64,000 nt of DNA from an uncultured Pseudomonadota bacterium (lineage in GTDB: Bacteria > Oederibacteriota > Muellerivitia > Muellerivitales > Muellerivitaceae): NCBI GenBank assembly GCA_963770835.1, contig CAVYRH010000004.1, positions 384,001 through 448,000 on the forward strand, in the 5' to 3' direction. Shown here in pieces: positions 29,112-39,812 of this stretch. Under the pieces are notes generated by a model, which was given only the letters and a program-made list of their open reading frames with translations, was not told the origin of the DNA and did no database searches. The translations under genes were made by a program, and so were the position numbers. Position 1 is the stretch's first letter. Every line of letters starts with the position of its first letter.

Positions 29112-29144
29112 AAAAAAGCCCGTCCCTGTAAGGGAACGGGCTTT
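29112..29144. terminator. Bidirectional intrinsic terminator
   Basis: AAAAAGCCCGT...ACGGGCTTTT between convergent genes. Confidence 0.75.
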
Positions 29145-29157
29145 TACTTGATTGGAT

Positions 29158-30923
29158 TTAAGGTGCGAAAACCTTGATATAGCCGTTCCCGTTGTCATTG
29201 ACGTAGATGTTTCCATTGGAAGCGGTCGCGATCCCTGTGGGTCCGCCGGACCCGAACTGGCTGTTACCCGAGCCCAATCCGCCCCAACCTGTGATGTAAG
29301 TTCCGATATTACTGAAGACCTGAACGTTATTGTTGGTGGAGTCGCAAACGTAAATGTCGGATCCATCGGGATTCGCGGCTACCTGGATGGGGCCTTCAAA
29401 TTGACCCGCCCCGGTGCCGATGCTTCCGATCGTATAAAGAACCGTAGCGGCAGTATTGATTTCCAGCACATTCTTCCCCCCGGTGTTGGCGATGTAGAGG
29501 ACGTTGTAATAGGGGTCATAGGTGATTCCCTGGGGATAACTCATGCCCGTAATCTTGGCCGAGGTGTAGGTCGCCGACCAAGCGCCGCTGGAATTAATGA
29601 CCTGGATGCGGTCATTAAGATAGTCGCACACCCAGACATTACCGCTTCCATCCACGGCCAATCCCTGCGGGCCGTTGAATTGGCCGTTTCCGCTGCCTGA
29701 CGCCGTCACACCACCGGAAGGCAGTTCCCAGGCGAAGGTGCCGTTCGCGTTGAATTTCGTAACCCGGTTGCCGTTGTCGTCGCTCACGTAAACGTTCCCC
29801 GAAGAATCCGCGGCCACGCCGTAAACCGCGTTGAAATCCCCGTTGGCGGTCCCCCCGCTTCCGGTTCCAACGGTCGAAACGGAGGCGCCGGCCAAGTTGG
29901 TCACATAGGCGTAGCGAGCACCAGGCCCCACGTTGTAAATCATTCCCCCGCCTGAGGTGGAAAAAGCCAGCTGGCCATTCATAACGTTAGAGGAAGTGAG
30001 GGTGGAAAGGTAGGAATAGGGGACCGGGGTTAGGGTGATAGTGGGGGTGTTGGTAATGGTGGCGCTGGGGGTTGAGGTGGGGCTTTTGGTCGGCGTCGAG
30101 GTGGCGCTGTTGGTGGAGGTCGGGGTGGAGGTAGGCGTTGTGGTGGGGGTCGAGGTGGGAGCGCAGGTGCCCCCGCAAGATGTCGAAGTGGGAGTTGGTG
30201 TTGGGGTGCCAATAACGATCCCTTGGTTATCCAAATCGTAAACGTTAAGAATACCCGATCCGTTGGCGATGGTATTTGCGGTATTGTCGGCGTCGACGGC
30301 CACCAAATAACCCCCCGGCGAGGGATAGGCGGTGACGGGAATGGAAAAAGGAGAAACCGCGTTGGTCGTATAGGTCGTACTGCCATAGGTTGAAACCAAG
30401 GCCGCAGTTTCGACGTTAATGGAGTTTTCGTTGCCGGATACCGTCCAACTGACCTGGGAACCGCTGGCGGCGACCGTGATGTTGCCCGGTGCCGTCAGGG
30501 TGGCGGAGGCTGTCCCGGCCGAGGTGATGCTGGTGAGGCTGTAGGTTTGGCCGGGCTGATAGGTGAAGGAGCCGGTTGAGGTGTAATAACCGTAGTTTTT
30601 CCCGGAAATATTTACGGTGCTCGAGTAAGGAATTGTTACAGGAGCGGAAACACCGGTCCCCCGAGGATGACGGTGGCGCTGGAATTGGCCGCGCCATTAA
30701 CCTCAAGGTCCAAGTCGACCTCTGAAGAACCCGGGACCCCATTGTTGTCGGACCTTAAAACATCGGCCAGGCCCCAATAAATATTGGGGTTCGGGGTTGG
30801 AGTGATGGTGGGTGTAAAGGTGGCCGTGGGCGCGGCAGGGGCGGAGGGGCTATTTTTTGAGGGGCATCCGGATAAAGCAACCGCAATAACGAATATAAGG
30901 GCTAAGCCCATTCCATAACGCAT
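29158..30923 (-). pseudogene. NHL-repeat lipoprotein with one frameshift at 30658-30662
   Basis: ATG 30923 with SD and LSGC lipobox stops at 30636. Adding one base in the G5 run continues GTGVSAPVTIPY... in frame into the NHL domain (~588 aa). Confidence 0.8.
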
Positions 30924-31184
30924 AGTCAGTCTCCATGAAAAATTTTTTGGAAAATTTGAAAGAAGGCTGGAGTCTACACGCATTACTTCAAAGGTTCTAT
31001 CTTTAATGAATAAAAAAGCCGTAAGTTTATTTTAATTTTGTTGCCCATAATAGGGCGGACCGGGTGGACAGATTTCGGGTTGCTGCTGATATCGGAACCG
31101 GGGTTTGAAGGTTGTTGGTCTGACCTTCCCCGGCCGGGTTTCAAAGGTATAATGCTCCCGCTTTATTTTTTTGAGAGGTTCGCA

Positions 31185-31718
31185 ATGAAAACCCCCGTTC
31201 TCCGTCCCAAGGAATTCCCCGAAAACCTCTTGCTCATCGGCATGTTTGGCAGCGGCAAGAGCACGGTGGGGCGCCTGCTGGCGCAAAAGCTCCGGTACCA
31301 TTTCGTGGACGTGGACCATTTGATCGAGGCCAAGTTCCGCCTGCCCCTTCAAAAGGTATTGGACAAGCTGGGGATGAAGGGCTTCATGAAAATAGAGGAT
31401 GAAACCCTCCAGGCCCTGCGTTACCGGCACTGCGTGATCGCTCCTGGTGGGAGCGCGGTGTATTACCCGAAGGGAATGCGACACTTGAAAAGCCTGGGGC
31501 CCTGCGTTTTCCTGAAGGCCGAACTGGAGGAACTTCAAAAACGCCTGCCCGACTGGTCCAACCGGGGCGTTGTTCGCAGGGGAGGGGAAACCCTACCAGC
31601 CCTTTATAAGGAAAGAGCCCCGCTTTTCAAGAAATACGCCGACCTCACTGTGGAAACGAAAGGCAAATCCACCTCCAAAATAGTCTTGGAAGTTTTAAAG
31701 AATCTTCAAAGCGAATGA
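31185..31718 (+). CDS. aroK: Shikimate kinase
   Basis: LIGMFGSGKSTVG, DVD, GG, ERAPLF; SD GAGG. Confidence 0.85.
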   Translation: MKTPVLRPKEFPENLLLIGMFGSGKSTVGRLLAQKLRYHFVDVDHLIEAKFRLPLQKVLDKLGMKGFMKIEDETLQALRYRHCVIAPGGSAVYYPKGMRHLKSLGPCVFLKAELEELQKRLPDWSNRGVVRRGGETLPALYKERAPLFKKYADLTVETKGKSTSKIVLEVLKNLQSE

Positions 31719-32212
31719 CTCTCCGGTCTCCTTTTTCCAGGTTCGTGCATATTTCCTTCGAAGTCGGGATCGTGATGAAGGGAATCGATGGCGTACTCGA
31801 AGCGCTGGGGGCGTTGTTGTTGTCCTTTCTCTCCCCGGAACAAATAAACCGTGTGATTACTCTCCTGACTCAGCACGAACTCAGCCGGGACCCCAACGAT
31901 TTCATCGCCGGACATCTTTTGTCCGCGGCCCAAGGTTTTTCCGGGGGCACGAAAACATTCGCCATCCTTTACCTCTTTTCCCACGGAGTATTGAAGATCG
32001 GGCTCGTTTGGGCGCTTTTGAGGTCCCAGCTCTGGGCTTATCCCACCGCCATCGGAGTTTTTATCGCCTTCGGGGCGTACCAGATTTACCGTTACGTCCT
32101 TTCGGCCTCACCGGCCATGGTGGTGCTGACGGTCCTGGACGTCCTCGTCATCTGGCTGACTTGGGCCGAGTACCGCCGGCTCAAGGGAGAAAGGGCCCGC
32201 GCACCGGACTGA
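31715..32212 (+). CDS. DUF2127-like membrane protein
   Basis: KGIDGVLE, HELSRDPNDF, YLFSHG, LWAYP. Confidence 0.75.
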   Translation: MTLRSPFSRFVHISFEVGIVMKGIDGVLEALGALLLSFLSPEQINRVITLLTQHELSRDPNDFIAGHLLSAAQGFSGGTKTFAILYLFSHGVLKIGLVWALLRSQLWAYPTAIGVFIAFGAYQIYRYVLSASPAMVVLTVLDVLVIWLTWAEYRRLKGERARAPD

Positions 32213-32265
32213 AAAAATTTATAAACCGGAGGAAAAAGGACAGAAACAGTGGGCCCGGATTTTCC

Positions 32266-34017
32266 TCAGGGCGTCCCGGAAGAAGGATCCATCTCGATGC
32301 GGACGGAGACGCTTAAGGTTTCGGTCCCGCCCCCCTTGAAGAGGGTGCCTGAGGTGGGGGTGGCGTCCAGGTAGTGCCTTCCACAGGCCACCCTGACGTG
32401 GTCCAGGCCCACTACGGTTCCGTTGGTGGGGTCGAAGCCGCACCAGCCGCTCTGGGGCAGGTAGATTTCCACCCAGGCATGGGAGGCGTCGGCCCAGGGT
32501 TTGTTCTCATAGTTGCCCCCTGTGAAGATGTAGCCCACCCGGTAACGCGCGGGCAGGTTCATCAGGCGCGCCATGCAGATGAAGAGATTGGAGAAGTCCT
32601 GGCACACGCCCTGGCGGCTCGCGTAGACCTCGAAGGGTGTGGTGGCGCTGTTGGTGGAACCGCTCACGTAGGCGTAATCATTGTGGATGGTCTGGTTCAT
32701 ATCCAAGAGCGTATCCAAAAGGTCCATGTCGTTTCTTTGGGCGAAGCCCATGGCATAGTCGGTGAGTTCCTTCAACTGGGTCTCGGGAAGTTCGGGCGGT
32801 AAAAGATAAGGAAGCATCATCTGACGCTGGCCGGGCATCCAAACGACCGGCATCTGCTCCCGCTTGGGCAGGCCGGAGAGCCAGCGGGTGGGGCCCTCGG
32901 TCAGCCGCACCCTCGAGAAGGCCTTGATCACCATTTCAGTGAAGGGCTTGTCCACTTCCAATTGAATCGTGGTGTTCCCAAAAACGTCCTGGAATTCCCG
33001 CCGCCTTCCCTCCACCGAAATATCCAGGCGGAAGTCCAGCAGTCCCTGGAAGCGGTCCTCCACGGGCCGCAAGCGCAACAGGTGGAGGGAGCGTTCCACG
33101 GGCATTCGGTAGTGATAGGTGGTCTCATGCGCCACGTTCAAGACGCAGGGGTCGGTCCGCCGGGCCAGGGGAGGGGCAAAGAGGGTGGTCTGCTGGCCCT
33201 GGCTTCCCACCAAGGCCCAGGGGTTTGCCTGGGAAGGATCCGCCACCGAGCTGTCGTACAAAAGGCGGCTCCGGCGGACCACCTTTAGGCTTCCGGGCGG
33301 CAAGGGTTGCCAGTCCTCGCCCGACAAAGGATGGCTGGAAAAGGCGTAAAGCGTGCGGTTGGCGTCCAGGGCGTTGCCCAGGTCGATGGAAAGCATCTCG
33401 CTTTCCAGTAAACCCTCCGGGTGGGGAGGCGTGCGCCGGAGGCTGAAAATCCCGCCACGCCCCTCCCGGTCGCGGTAGGCCAGGTGGTTCTTGCCATCGC
33501 TTAAGACGCAGTTCAACTCCCCCAGGGCGTTGACCTCGGTCAGCCATTGGTGAAGGTCCTTCCAGGGCACATCGGAGAGGCGCCGGGCCTGCCTCAGGAA
33601 AAGCTGGTGAAGGACCCAACAGAAAGCGTGTTCCATGGGGGAGGAGCCCAAGGGCTCGAAGCTAGGGTCCCCGCCCAGGGAAAGGGCGGCCTTGAAGTCG
33701 CCTTTGAGGCTTCCGTTGAAGATAAAAACGAACTGGCGGCCCCCGTAGCTGCGCAGGTAGGGGGGAATGTTCTTTCCTGTCTGCCGCTCGCCGGTCATGG
33801 CGAAAAAGGATGCGGACCTAAAACGGTTCCAGTCGGCCAGGACCCTTTTCAAGTCCTCGTCCCCCGCGCCGGCGCCCCGCAGGAGGGTGGCCGGGCCGTC
33901 GTCGCCGGTATAGCCCACCATACCCCAGTCGCCGGGCAGGGCCGGGTCCGAGGGGGGCTTGAGGCGCAAGGAGGGTGAAGCCACATTATCGAAGGACAGG
34001 GAGAAGAAGTTCTGCAT
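32266..34017 (-). CDS. Class II glutamine amidotransferase-like domain fused to transglutaminase
   Basis: N-terminal Ntn-like domain (WG..Y, FIFNG); GVCQDF, RYRVGY, SHAWVE, FDPTN. Confidence 0.85.
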   Translation of the reverse strand: MQNFFSLSFDNVASPSLRLKPPSDPALPGDWGMVGYTGDDGPATLLRGAGAGDEDLKRVLADWNRFRSASFFAMTGERQTGKNIPPYLRSYGGRQFVFIFNGSLKGDFKAALSLGGDPSFEPLGSSPMEHAFCWVLHQLFLRQARRLSDVPWKDLHQWLTEVNALGELNCVLSDGKNHLAYRDREGRGGIFSLRRTPPHPEGLLESEMLSIDLGNALDANRTLYAFSSHPLSGEDWQPLPPGSLKVVRRSRLLYDSSVADPSQANPWALVGSQGQQTTLFAPPLARRTDPCVLNVAHETTYHYRMPVERSLHLLRLRPVEDRFQGLLDFRLDISVEGRRREFQDVFGNTTIQLEVDKPFTEMVIKAFSRVRLTEGPTRWLSGLPKREQMPVVWMPGQRQMMLPYLLPPELPETQLKELTDYAMGFAQRNDMDLLDTLLDMNQTIHNDYAYVSGSTNSATTPFEVYASRQGVCQDFSNLFICMARLMNLPARYRVGYIFTGGNYENKPWADASHAWVEIYLPQSGWCGFDPTNGTVVGLDHVRVACGRHYLDATPTSGTLFKGGGTETLSVSVRIEMDPSSGTP

Positions 34018-34097
34018 CCGCCTATTCTACTATTGAAACCACCCGAAGTGGACACTCTAATAGGCCCCTAATCCAAATCCGCAACGGGTTTAAACCT

Positions 34098-37000
34098 ATG
34101 GCCACCCAAGTCTTGCTGGAACACACCACCCTTTACCGCTTTGACCGGCCCGTGCGCCTGGGGCCCCATATCATCCGCCTGAAACCCGCGCCGCACTGCC
34201 GCACGCCCATCCTATCCTACTCCCTTTCCATCGTCCCCAAAAAACATTTCCTCAATTGGCAGCAGGACCCTTTCGGCAATTACCTGGCCCGGGTCGTGAT
34301 CCCGGAGGCGGCCGGCGAATTAGAGGTCACGGTTTCCCTGCGGGCGCAGTTGGACCCCATCAATCCATTCGATTTTTTCATCGAGGAGGATTACCTCCAT
34401 TTTCCCTTCAAGTACGAAAAGAAGCTGGCCTCTGACCTTCGTCCCTACCTGACGGTGGAGGAAAAGGGCCCGCTGCTCAAGAAGTTCGTAAAAAGTTTCG
34501 GCCGCAAGAAGCGGCACATGGTCGAGATGCTCTCCGAGGTCAACCAGAAGATCAACCGGCAGAGCCGGTACCTGGTACGGCTGGAACCGGGAGTCCAAAG
34601 TTCCGAGGAAACACTCTCACTTAAAAGCGGATCCTGCCGCGACCTGGCCTGGCTGGCCTGCCAGGCCTTCCGGCACTTAGGGATCGCCGCCCGTTTCGCC
34701 TCCGGCTACCTTATCCAACTGGTGGCGGACGAAGAACCGGTGTCCGGCCCCAAGGGCCCGGAGAAGGATTTCACGGACCTTCACGCCTGGGTGGAAGTCT
34801 ACTTGCCGGGCGCGGGCTGGGTGGGGCTGGACCCCACCTCAGGGTTCTTCGCCAGCGAGGGCCATATCCCCTTGAGCTGCACCCCGCACCCCACCAGCGC
34901 CGCCCCCATCAGCGGCACCCTGGAGGATTGCGAGACCGTCATGGAGCACAGGATGACCCTGAAGCGGGTTTTGGACCCGCCGCGGGCCACCCTTCCCCTG
35001 ACCCCGGACCAATGGGAATCCATCGACCGCCTGGGGGAGGCGGTGGATGACCGCCTCAACCTATTGGGCGTGGGCCTCACCATGGGCGGGGAGCCCACCT
35101 TCGTGTCGGTGGATAACCGCGACGACCCCCAATGGGTCACGGGCGCCCTGGGCGCGGAGAAACTGAAAAAAGGCTGGGAACTGCTCTCCCGCCTCAGGAA
35201 GCGCTTCTCACCGGGCTCCTTGGCCCAGGCCGGCCAGGGCAAATGGTACGGGGGTGAACCCTTGCCCCGCTGGTCCTTGAACTGCTTCTGGCGCGCCGAT
35301 GGCGAGCCGGTTTGGCTGAACGAGCAACTTTTGGCGGACCCTTCGGTTCCCGGTGACGCGCCCTTGAACGGCGCTAAGGCGCTTTTGACCCAATTGGCCC
35401 AGGGCCTGGGGATTCCGCCTTCGCGCATCCTTCCAGCTTATGAGGATGCTGAAGAACACCCCTTGGCGCCGGCCGCCGCTGCTTTGCTCCCCCCGCCCCC
35501 CGAAGTTAAAGGCGCCACCGGACAAGAGCGTAAGCGCCCCCCCAAGAAGCCCAAGGAAGGCACTCCCCAACCCGTGGGTTACGTTTTGCCGCTCAACTGG
35601 AGCCTGGCACAGGAAGGCTGGGCCAGCGAGGCCTGGCGTTTTGAGAAGGGCCATCTTTCCCTCATCGAGGGGGATTCGCCCCTAGGCTACCGCCTGGCCT
35701 TGAACGACATCCTCAAAGATAAACCCCTGGAGCCGGTGCCTTTCGCGCGCGACCCCTTTGAGGATTTCACACCCCTTCCTTCCCACAAGAAGCTGGCGGC
35801 GGCGCCACCCAACCCGCGGTCCGAGGCCAAGGGGGCGGTCCGCACGGCCCTTTGCCTCGAGATCCGGGAGGGGAAGCTCCATGTGTTCCTGCCGCCCCTC
35901 TACCAGTTGGAGCATTTCCTCGAGCTGGTGGCCAAGGTGGAGGCCGCCGCCGCGGCGCTTCATTTGAGCGTGGTGGTGGAAGGCTACGAGCCTCCCTCCG
36001 ACAGCCGCCTTTTGTGCTTCCGCATCACTCCGGACCCGGGCGTGTTGGAGGTCAACATCCATCCCGCCGCCGACTGGGAGAGTCTTCGGGACAACACCGA
36101 GGTCTTATATGAGGAAGCCCGGCAGATCGGCCTGACCGCCGTGAAATTCACCGTCAACGGCAGGCCCGTGGGGACGGGGGGCGGAAGCCACCTGGTTTTG
36201 GGCGCCTCCATCCCGGAAAAGAGCCCCTTCTTTCGCCAGCCCCGGCTGCTGCCCGCCATGATCGCTTATTGGCAGAGGCATCCCAGCCTTTCCTACTTCT
36301 TCACGACCCTTTTTGTGGGGCCCACCAGCCAGGCCCCCCGGCCCGACGAGGCCCGGCATGATTCCCTTTACGAACTGGAAAACGCCATGCGGCGCATCCC
36401 GCCGGAGGGCGACCTGCCCTTTTGGCGCCTGGACCGGCTTTTCCGGCACCTGTTGGTGGACGTCTCCGGCAACACCCACCGCACCGAATTCTGCATCGAC
36501 AAGCTCTACGACCCCAGCTCGGGCCGGGGCCGCCAGGGCCTGCTGGAGCTTCGCGCTTTTGAGATGGCCCCCAACCCCCGCATGGCGCTCCTGCAACAGC
36601 TTTTGGTCCGGGCCCTGGTGGCCCATCTCTACAAAGTCCCGCTCAAATCCAGCCTGGTGCGCTGGGGCACCCGGCTTCACGACCAGTTCCTGCTGCCCTG
36701 GTACCTGTGGGATGACCTGGCGAAGGTCCTGGAGGACTTGTGCCATGACGGCTTTGCCTTCGAGCTGGAATGGTTCCGCGCGCACTTTAACTTCCGTTTT
36801 CCCTCCTGTGGCAAGGTCTTGATCGAGGGGGTCGAGCTGGAAATAAGGCCCGCCCTGGAGCCCTGGCCGGTTTTGGGCGAGGAGGCGGTGGGCTCCACCA
36901 TGAGCCGGGCCATTGACGCCTCCACCGAAAGGGTGCAGGTGACGGTGAAGGACGCCCGGCCCGGGCTGGTGCTCGCCTGTAACGGGCGCCGGGTGCCCTT

Positions 37001-37343
37001 GATGGCCACCACCACACCAGGCCTACAAGTCGCGGGGATCCGCTACAAGGCCTGGGACCAGCCCTTTTCTTTATATGGAGATCTGCCCGCCGTGCCCTTT
37101 TTGGAATTGGACCTGATCGACCCGGACAAGGGGATTTCGCTCGGGGGCTGCGCGCTCCATACTTTCCACCCGGGGGGAAGGGCTTTCGACCTGATGCCGG
37201 TTAACGCGGAGGAGGCCGAGTCCCGCTGGAAGGCGCGCTTCGAACCCCATGGGCGCTCCAGCGGGAAGATGAACGCCCCGCCGGAAGAATCCCACGACGA
37301 TTTTCCCCATACACTAGACTTGAGAAGGCCCCGGACGGTTTAA
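34098..37343 (+). CDS. Transglutaminase plus DUF2126 (amidoligase-like) protein
   Basis: GSCRD, DLHAWVE, TMGGEPTFVS, PDPGVLEVNIHP, NTHRTEFCIDKLY. Confidence 0.9.
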   Translation: MATQVLLEHTTLYRFDRPVRLGPHIIRLKPAPHCRTPILSYSLSIVPKKHFLNWQQDPFGNYLARVVIPEAAGELEVTVSLRAQLDPINPFDFFIEEDYLHFPFKYEKKLASDLRPYLTVEEKGPLLKKFVKSFGRKKRHMVEMLSEVNQKINRQSRYLVRLEPGVQSSEETLSLKSGSCRDLAWLACQAFRHLGIAARFASGYLIQLVADEEPVSGPKGPEKDFTDLHAWVEVYLPGAGWVGLDPTSGFFASEGHIPLSCTPHPTSAAPISGTLEDCETVMEHRMTLKRVLDPPRATLPLTPDQWESIDRLGEAVDDRLNLLGVGLTMGGEPTFVSVDNRDDPQWVTGALGAEKLKKGWELLSRLRKRFSPGSLAQAGQGKWYGGEPLPRWSLNCFWRADGEPVWLNEQLLADPSVPGDAPLNGAKALLTQLAQGLGIPPSRILPAYEDAEEHPLAPAAAALLPPPPEVKGATGQERKRPPKKPKEGTPQPVGYVLPLNWSLAQEGWASEAWRFEKGHLSLIEGDSPLGYRLALNDILKDKPLEPVPFARDPFEDFTPLPSHKKLAAAPPNPRSEAKGAVRTALCLEIREGKLHVFLPPLYQLEHFLELVAKVEAAAAALHLSVVVEGYEPPSDSRLLCFRITPDPGVLEVNIHPAADWESLRDNTEVLYEEARQIGLTAVKFTVNGRPVGTGGGSHLVLGASIPEKSPFFRQPRLLPAMIAYWQRHPSLSYFFTTLFVGPTSQAPRPDEARHDSLYELENAMRRIPPEGDLPFWRLDRLFRHLLVDVSGNTHRTEFCIDKLYDPSSGRGRQGLLELRAFEMAPNPRMALLQQLLVRALVAHLYKVPLKSSLVRWGTRLHDQFLLPWYLWDDLAKVLEDLCHDGFAFELEWFRAHFNFRFPSCGKVLIEGVELEIRPALEPWPVLGEEAVGSTMSRAIDASTERVQVTVKDARPGLVLACNGRRVPLMATTTPGLQVAGIRYKAWDQPFSLYGDLPAVPFLELDLIDPDKGISLGGCALHTFHPGGRAFDLMPVNAEEAESRWKARFEPHGRSSGKMNAPPEESHDDFPHTLDLRRPRTV

Positions 37344-37484
37344 CAGGATGCTGAAAAAGTCCGGAGAACGGACTTTTTCCTACTTATGAACGAGCCACAG
37401 TACAAAAAAACCATATTTTTAGTGGCTCGTTCTATCCCATGGCTGTTGACAGGGTGCTGAAAAATACTTTTTCAGCACCCTGTT
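37342..37484. repeat. MITE-like element with ACAGGRTGCTGAAAAA inverted repeats
   Basis: Copies at 37342-37358 and 37448-37464, inverted copy at 37468-37484; TTAA at both outer ends. Confidence 0.65.
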
Positions 37485-37496
37485 AAGAAGGTGTTT

Positions 37497-38588
37497 ATGG
37501 TCGCGGTGAAAAAGGCGAAATACGACAAGGTGGAGCGGGAAAGGAAACTTTTCCAGCAGCAGGCCCACTTGTACCGGCAGCTCATGGAAGCCATGCGGGA
37601 AGGCCACCCCCAAGGCGAAATCTTCAAGTCGATCATCACGGTGGCCACCAAGGGCCTGGGCTATGACCGCGCGGGCATTTTCCTGGCGGACGAGAACGAC
37701 TCCAGGATCAAACTGGTCATGGGCGTCGACGACAAGGGGAAGTACGACAAACACGCCACCGAATTCCCCCTGGTGGACTCCAAGGGGCAGGACCCCTTTT
37801 CCGACATCTATTTCGGCTACCGGCGGAATTTCCTCCTGAACCGCCCTCCCCTTAAAAACTCCGCCTTACCGTTCAAGAGCAAATCCTACAAGCTCGATTC
37901 CCGCGTCCAAAACCACGCTATCGTGCCCCTGGAAGTGGGCAAGGGGGAAATCATGGGCCTTTTGGCGGTGGATAACCTCTTCACCCACCGCCGCATCACC
38001 CCGGCGGACCTGTCCTCCCTCATGGATTTCGCCACCCAGGCGGGCCTTGCCATCCAATCCATCCAAATGCACCACAAGATCGTGAACCTGACCATCATGG
38101 ATACGCTTACCGAGGTCTTCAACCTGCGCTATTTCGACCGGGTCCTGGACGCGGAAATAAAACGCGCCCAGCGTTATAGCAGCAGCTTCGGGTTGCTTTA
38201 CGTGGACGCGGACCATTTCAAGGCCGTGAACGACGGATGGGGACACGAAGTGGGGGACCAAGTCTTGAAGCACCTGGCCCTGGTGCTGCGGACCGGGGTG
38301 CGCAACATCGACACGGTGGCGCGTATCGGGGGTGAGGAATTCGCCATCATCCTGCCCGAGACCAACCCCAACGGGACGGTTCTGACCGCCAGCCGGCTGG
38401 TCCAAAGCGTGGCGGATGCCGAATTCCCGACCGAGGCCAAAAAGCTCACCGTCAGCGTCGGGATCACCTGCTTTCCCCGCCCTTGCGGCAAGGCCGATGC
38501 CGTCAGGAACCTGGCCGATCGAAGCCTCTATGCCGCCAAAAACGACGGCCGCAACTGCGTCGGGCCTTTTGTTCCATTAAGCTCTTAA
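37497..38588 (+). CDS. GAF-GGDEF diguanylate cyclase
   Basis: GAF domain (IVPL...GLLAVDN); DTLT, DADHFKAVND, RIGGEEF. Confidence 0.9.
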   Translation: MVAVKKAKYDKVERERKLFQQQAHLYRQLMEAMREGHPQGEIFKSIITVATKGLGYDRAGIFLADENDSRIKLVMGVDDKGKYDKHATEFPLVDSKGQDPFSDIYFGYRRNFLLNRPPLKNSALPFKSKSYKLDSRVQNHAIVPLEVGKGEIMGLLAVDNLFTHRRITPADLSSLMDFATQAGLAIQSIQMHHKIVNLTIMDTLTEVFNLRYFDRVLDAEIKRAQRYSSSFGLLYVDADHFKAVNDGWGHEVGDQVLKHLALVLRTGVRNIDTVARIGGEEFAIILPETNPNGTVLTASRLVQSVADAEFPTEAKKLTVSVGITCFPRPCGKADAVRNLADRSLYAAKNDGRNCVGPFVPLSS

Positions 38589-38758
38589 AACAAATTCGTC
38601 CTAACGGCTGTCATAGGATCCTTTACCCAGTTTAAAAGACCTGAAACCAGGGGTAAAAAGCCGGTCCCTGGCTATAATAGGCGGCATGGATTTTATTGGG
38701 TGAGACGCAGATGTAATTGGCGGCGGGCCCCTTCGGGGAATGAAAGCAGGATGGTGAT

Positions 38759-39745
38759 ATGAAAACAGCAGTCATCGGCACAGGCAACATGGGGACGGCC
38801 CTGGCCTGCCTTTTGGCCGACAACGGGCACACCGTGGCCTGCTGGGACCACGTACCGGAAGTGGTGGAAGACATCAAAAAAAACCACGTGAATACCCGGT
38901 TCCTGCCCGAGGTACAGCTACCCTCCAGCGTGACGGCGGACCACCTTTTAAACCATGTCGTGCGGGAAGCCCGGATGGTTTTCATCGCCACGCCTTCCCT
39001 TTATTTCCGCCAGGCAGTCAAGGAATTTTCACCCTTTTCCCCGCCCGAGGCGGTGGTGGTGGGCACTTCCAAGGGATTGGAATCCGCCACCCACAAGCGC
39101 ATGAGCCAGGTTTACGCCGAAGCGACCCTGCACGCCCCCGACCACTATGTGGCGTTGTCCGGCCCCTCCATCGCCGGTGATTTCGCCCGCAAGAGGCCCA
39201 CGGCGGTTGTGATCGCCGGGACCAACCATACCTGCGTGCAAAAGGCGGCCGGGGTGCTGGCCAACCCCTACTTCCGCGTGGAAATCTCCAACGACCCCTT
39301 GGGCGTGGAATGGGGCGGGGTTTTGAAGAACATTTACGGCTTGGGATTCGGCCTTTTGGACGGCCTGAACGGGGACAGCCCCAACCTGAAGGCGGCTTTC
39401 ACGACCATGGCGCTGAAGGAAATCAAGGAAATCGCCGCTTCCATGGGGGCGAAGGAAAAGACCATGGAAGGCTTGGCCGGCCTGGGGGACCTGGTGTCCA
39501 CGGGTTTTTCACCCAATTCCCACAACCGCAAACTGGGCGAGTACTTGGCCCATGGCATGGAGTACGACAAGGCCATCGAGAAAATGGGCGGGGTGGTCCC
39601 CGAGGGAGTGCATACCCTCAAGGTCATCCTGGAGACGGCCGGCGCTTCCACGGAAACGCCCTTGGCCCACCTCATCCAGACCTGCCTGACCCAGCCGGCG
39701 GCCCGGACGAAGTTCGTGGATGAGGTTTGGAAGATCGTATCCTAA
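38759..39745 (+). CDS. gpsA: NAD(P)H-dependent glycerol-3-phosphate dehydrogenase
   Basis: GTGNMGTA, LSGPS, GGVLKNI, GLAGLGDL. Confidence 0.9.
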   Translation: MKTAVIGTGNMGTALACLLADNGHTVACWDHVPEVVEDIKKNHVNTRFLPEVQLPSSVTADHLLNHVVREARMVFIATPSLYFRQAVKEFSPFSPPEAVVVGTSKGLESATHKRMSQVYAEATLHAPDHYVALSGPSIAGDFARKRPTAVVIAGTNHTCVQKAAGVLANPYFRVEISNDPLGVEWGGVLKNIYGLGFGLLDGLNGDSPNLKAAFTTMALKEIKEIAASMGAKEKTMEGLAGLGDLVSTGFSPNSHNRKLGEYLAHGMEYDKAIEKMGGVVPEGVHTLKVILETAGASTETPLAHLIQTCLTQPAARTKFVDEVWKIVS

Positions 39746-39747
39746 AG

Positions 39748-39780
39748 GCAGTTGGCAGCTCGCAGTCGACAGTCGGCAGT
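39748..39780. repeat. Period-7 repeat, single arm
   Basis: GCAGTTG GCAGCTC GCAGTCG ACAGTCG GCAGT. Confidence 0.65.
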
Positions 39781-39812
39781 AAAAGATTGAAAACTATAAA
39801 AAGGTTGACGCC

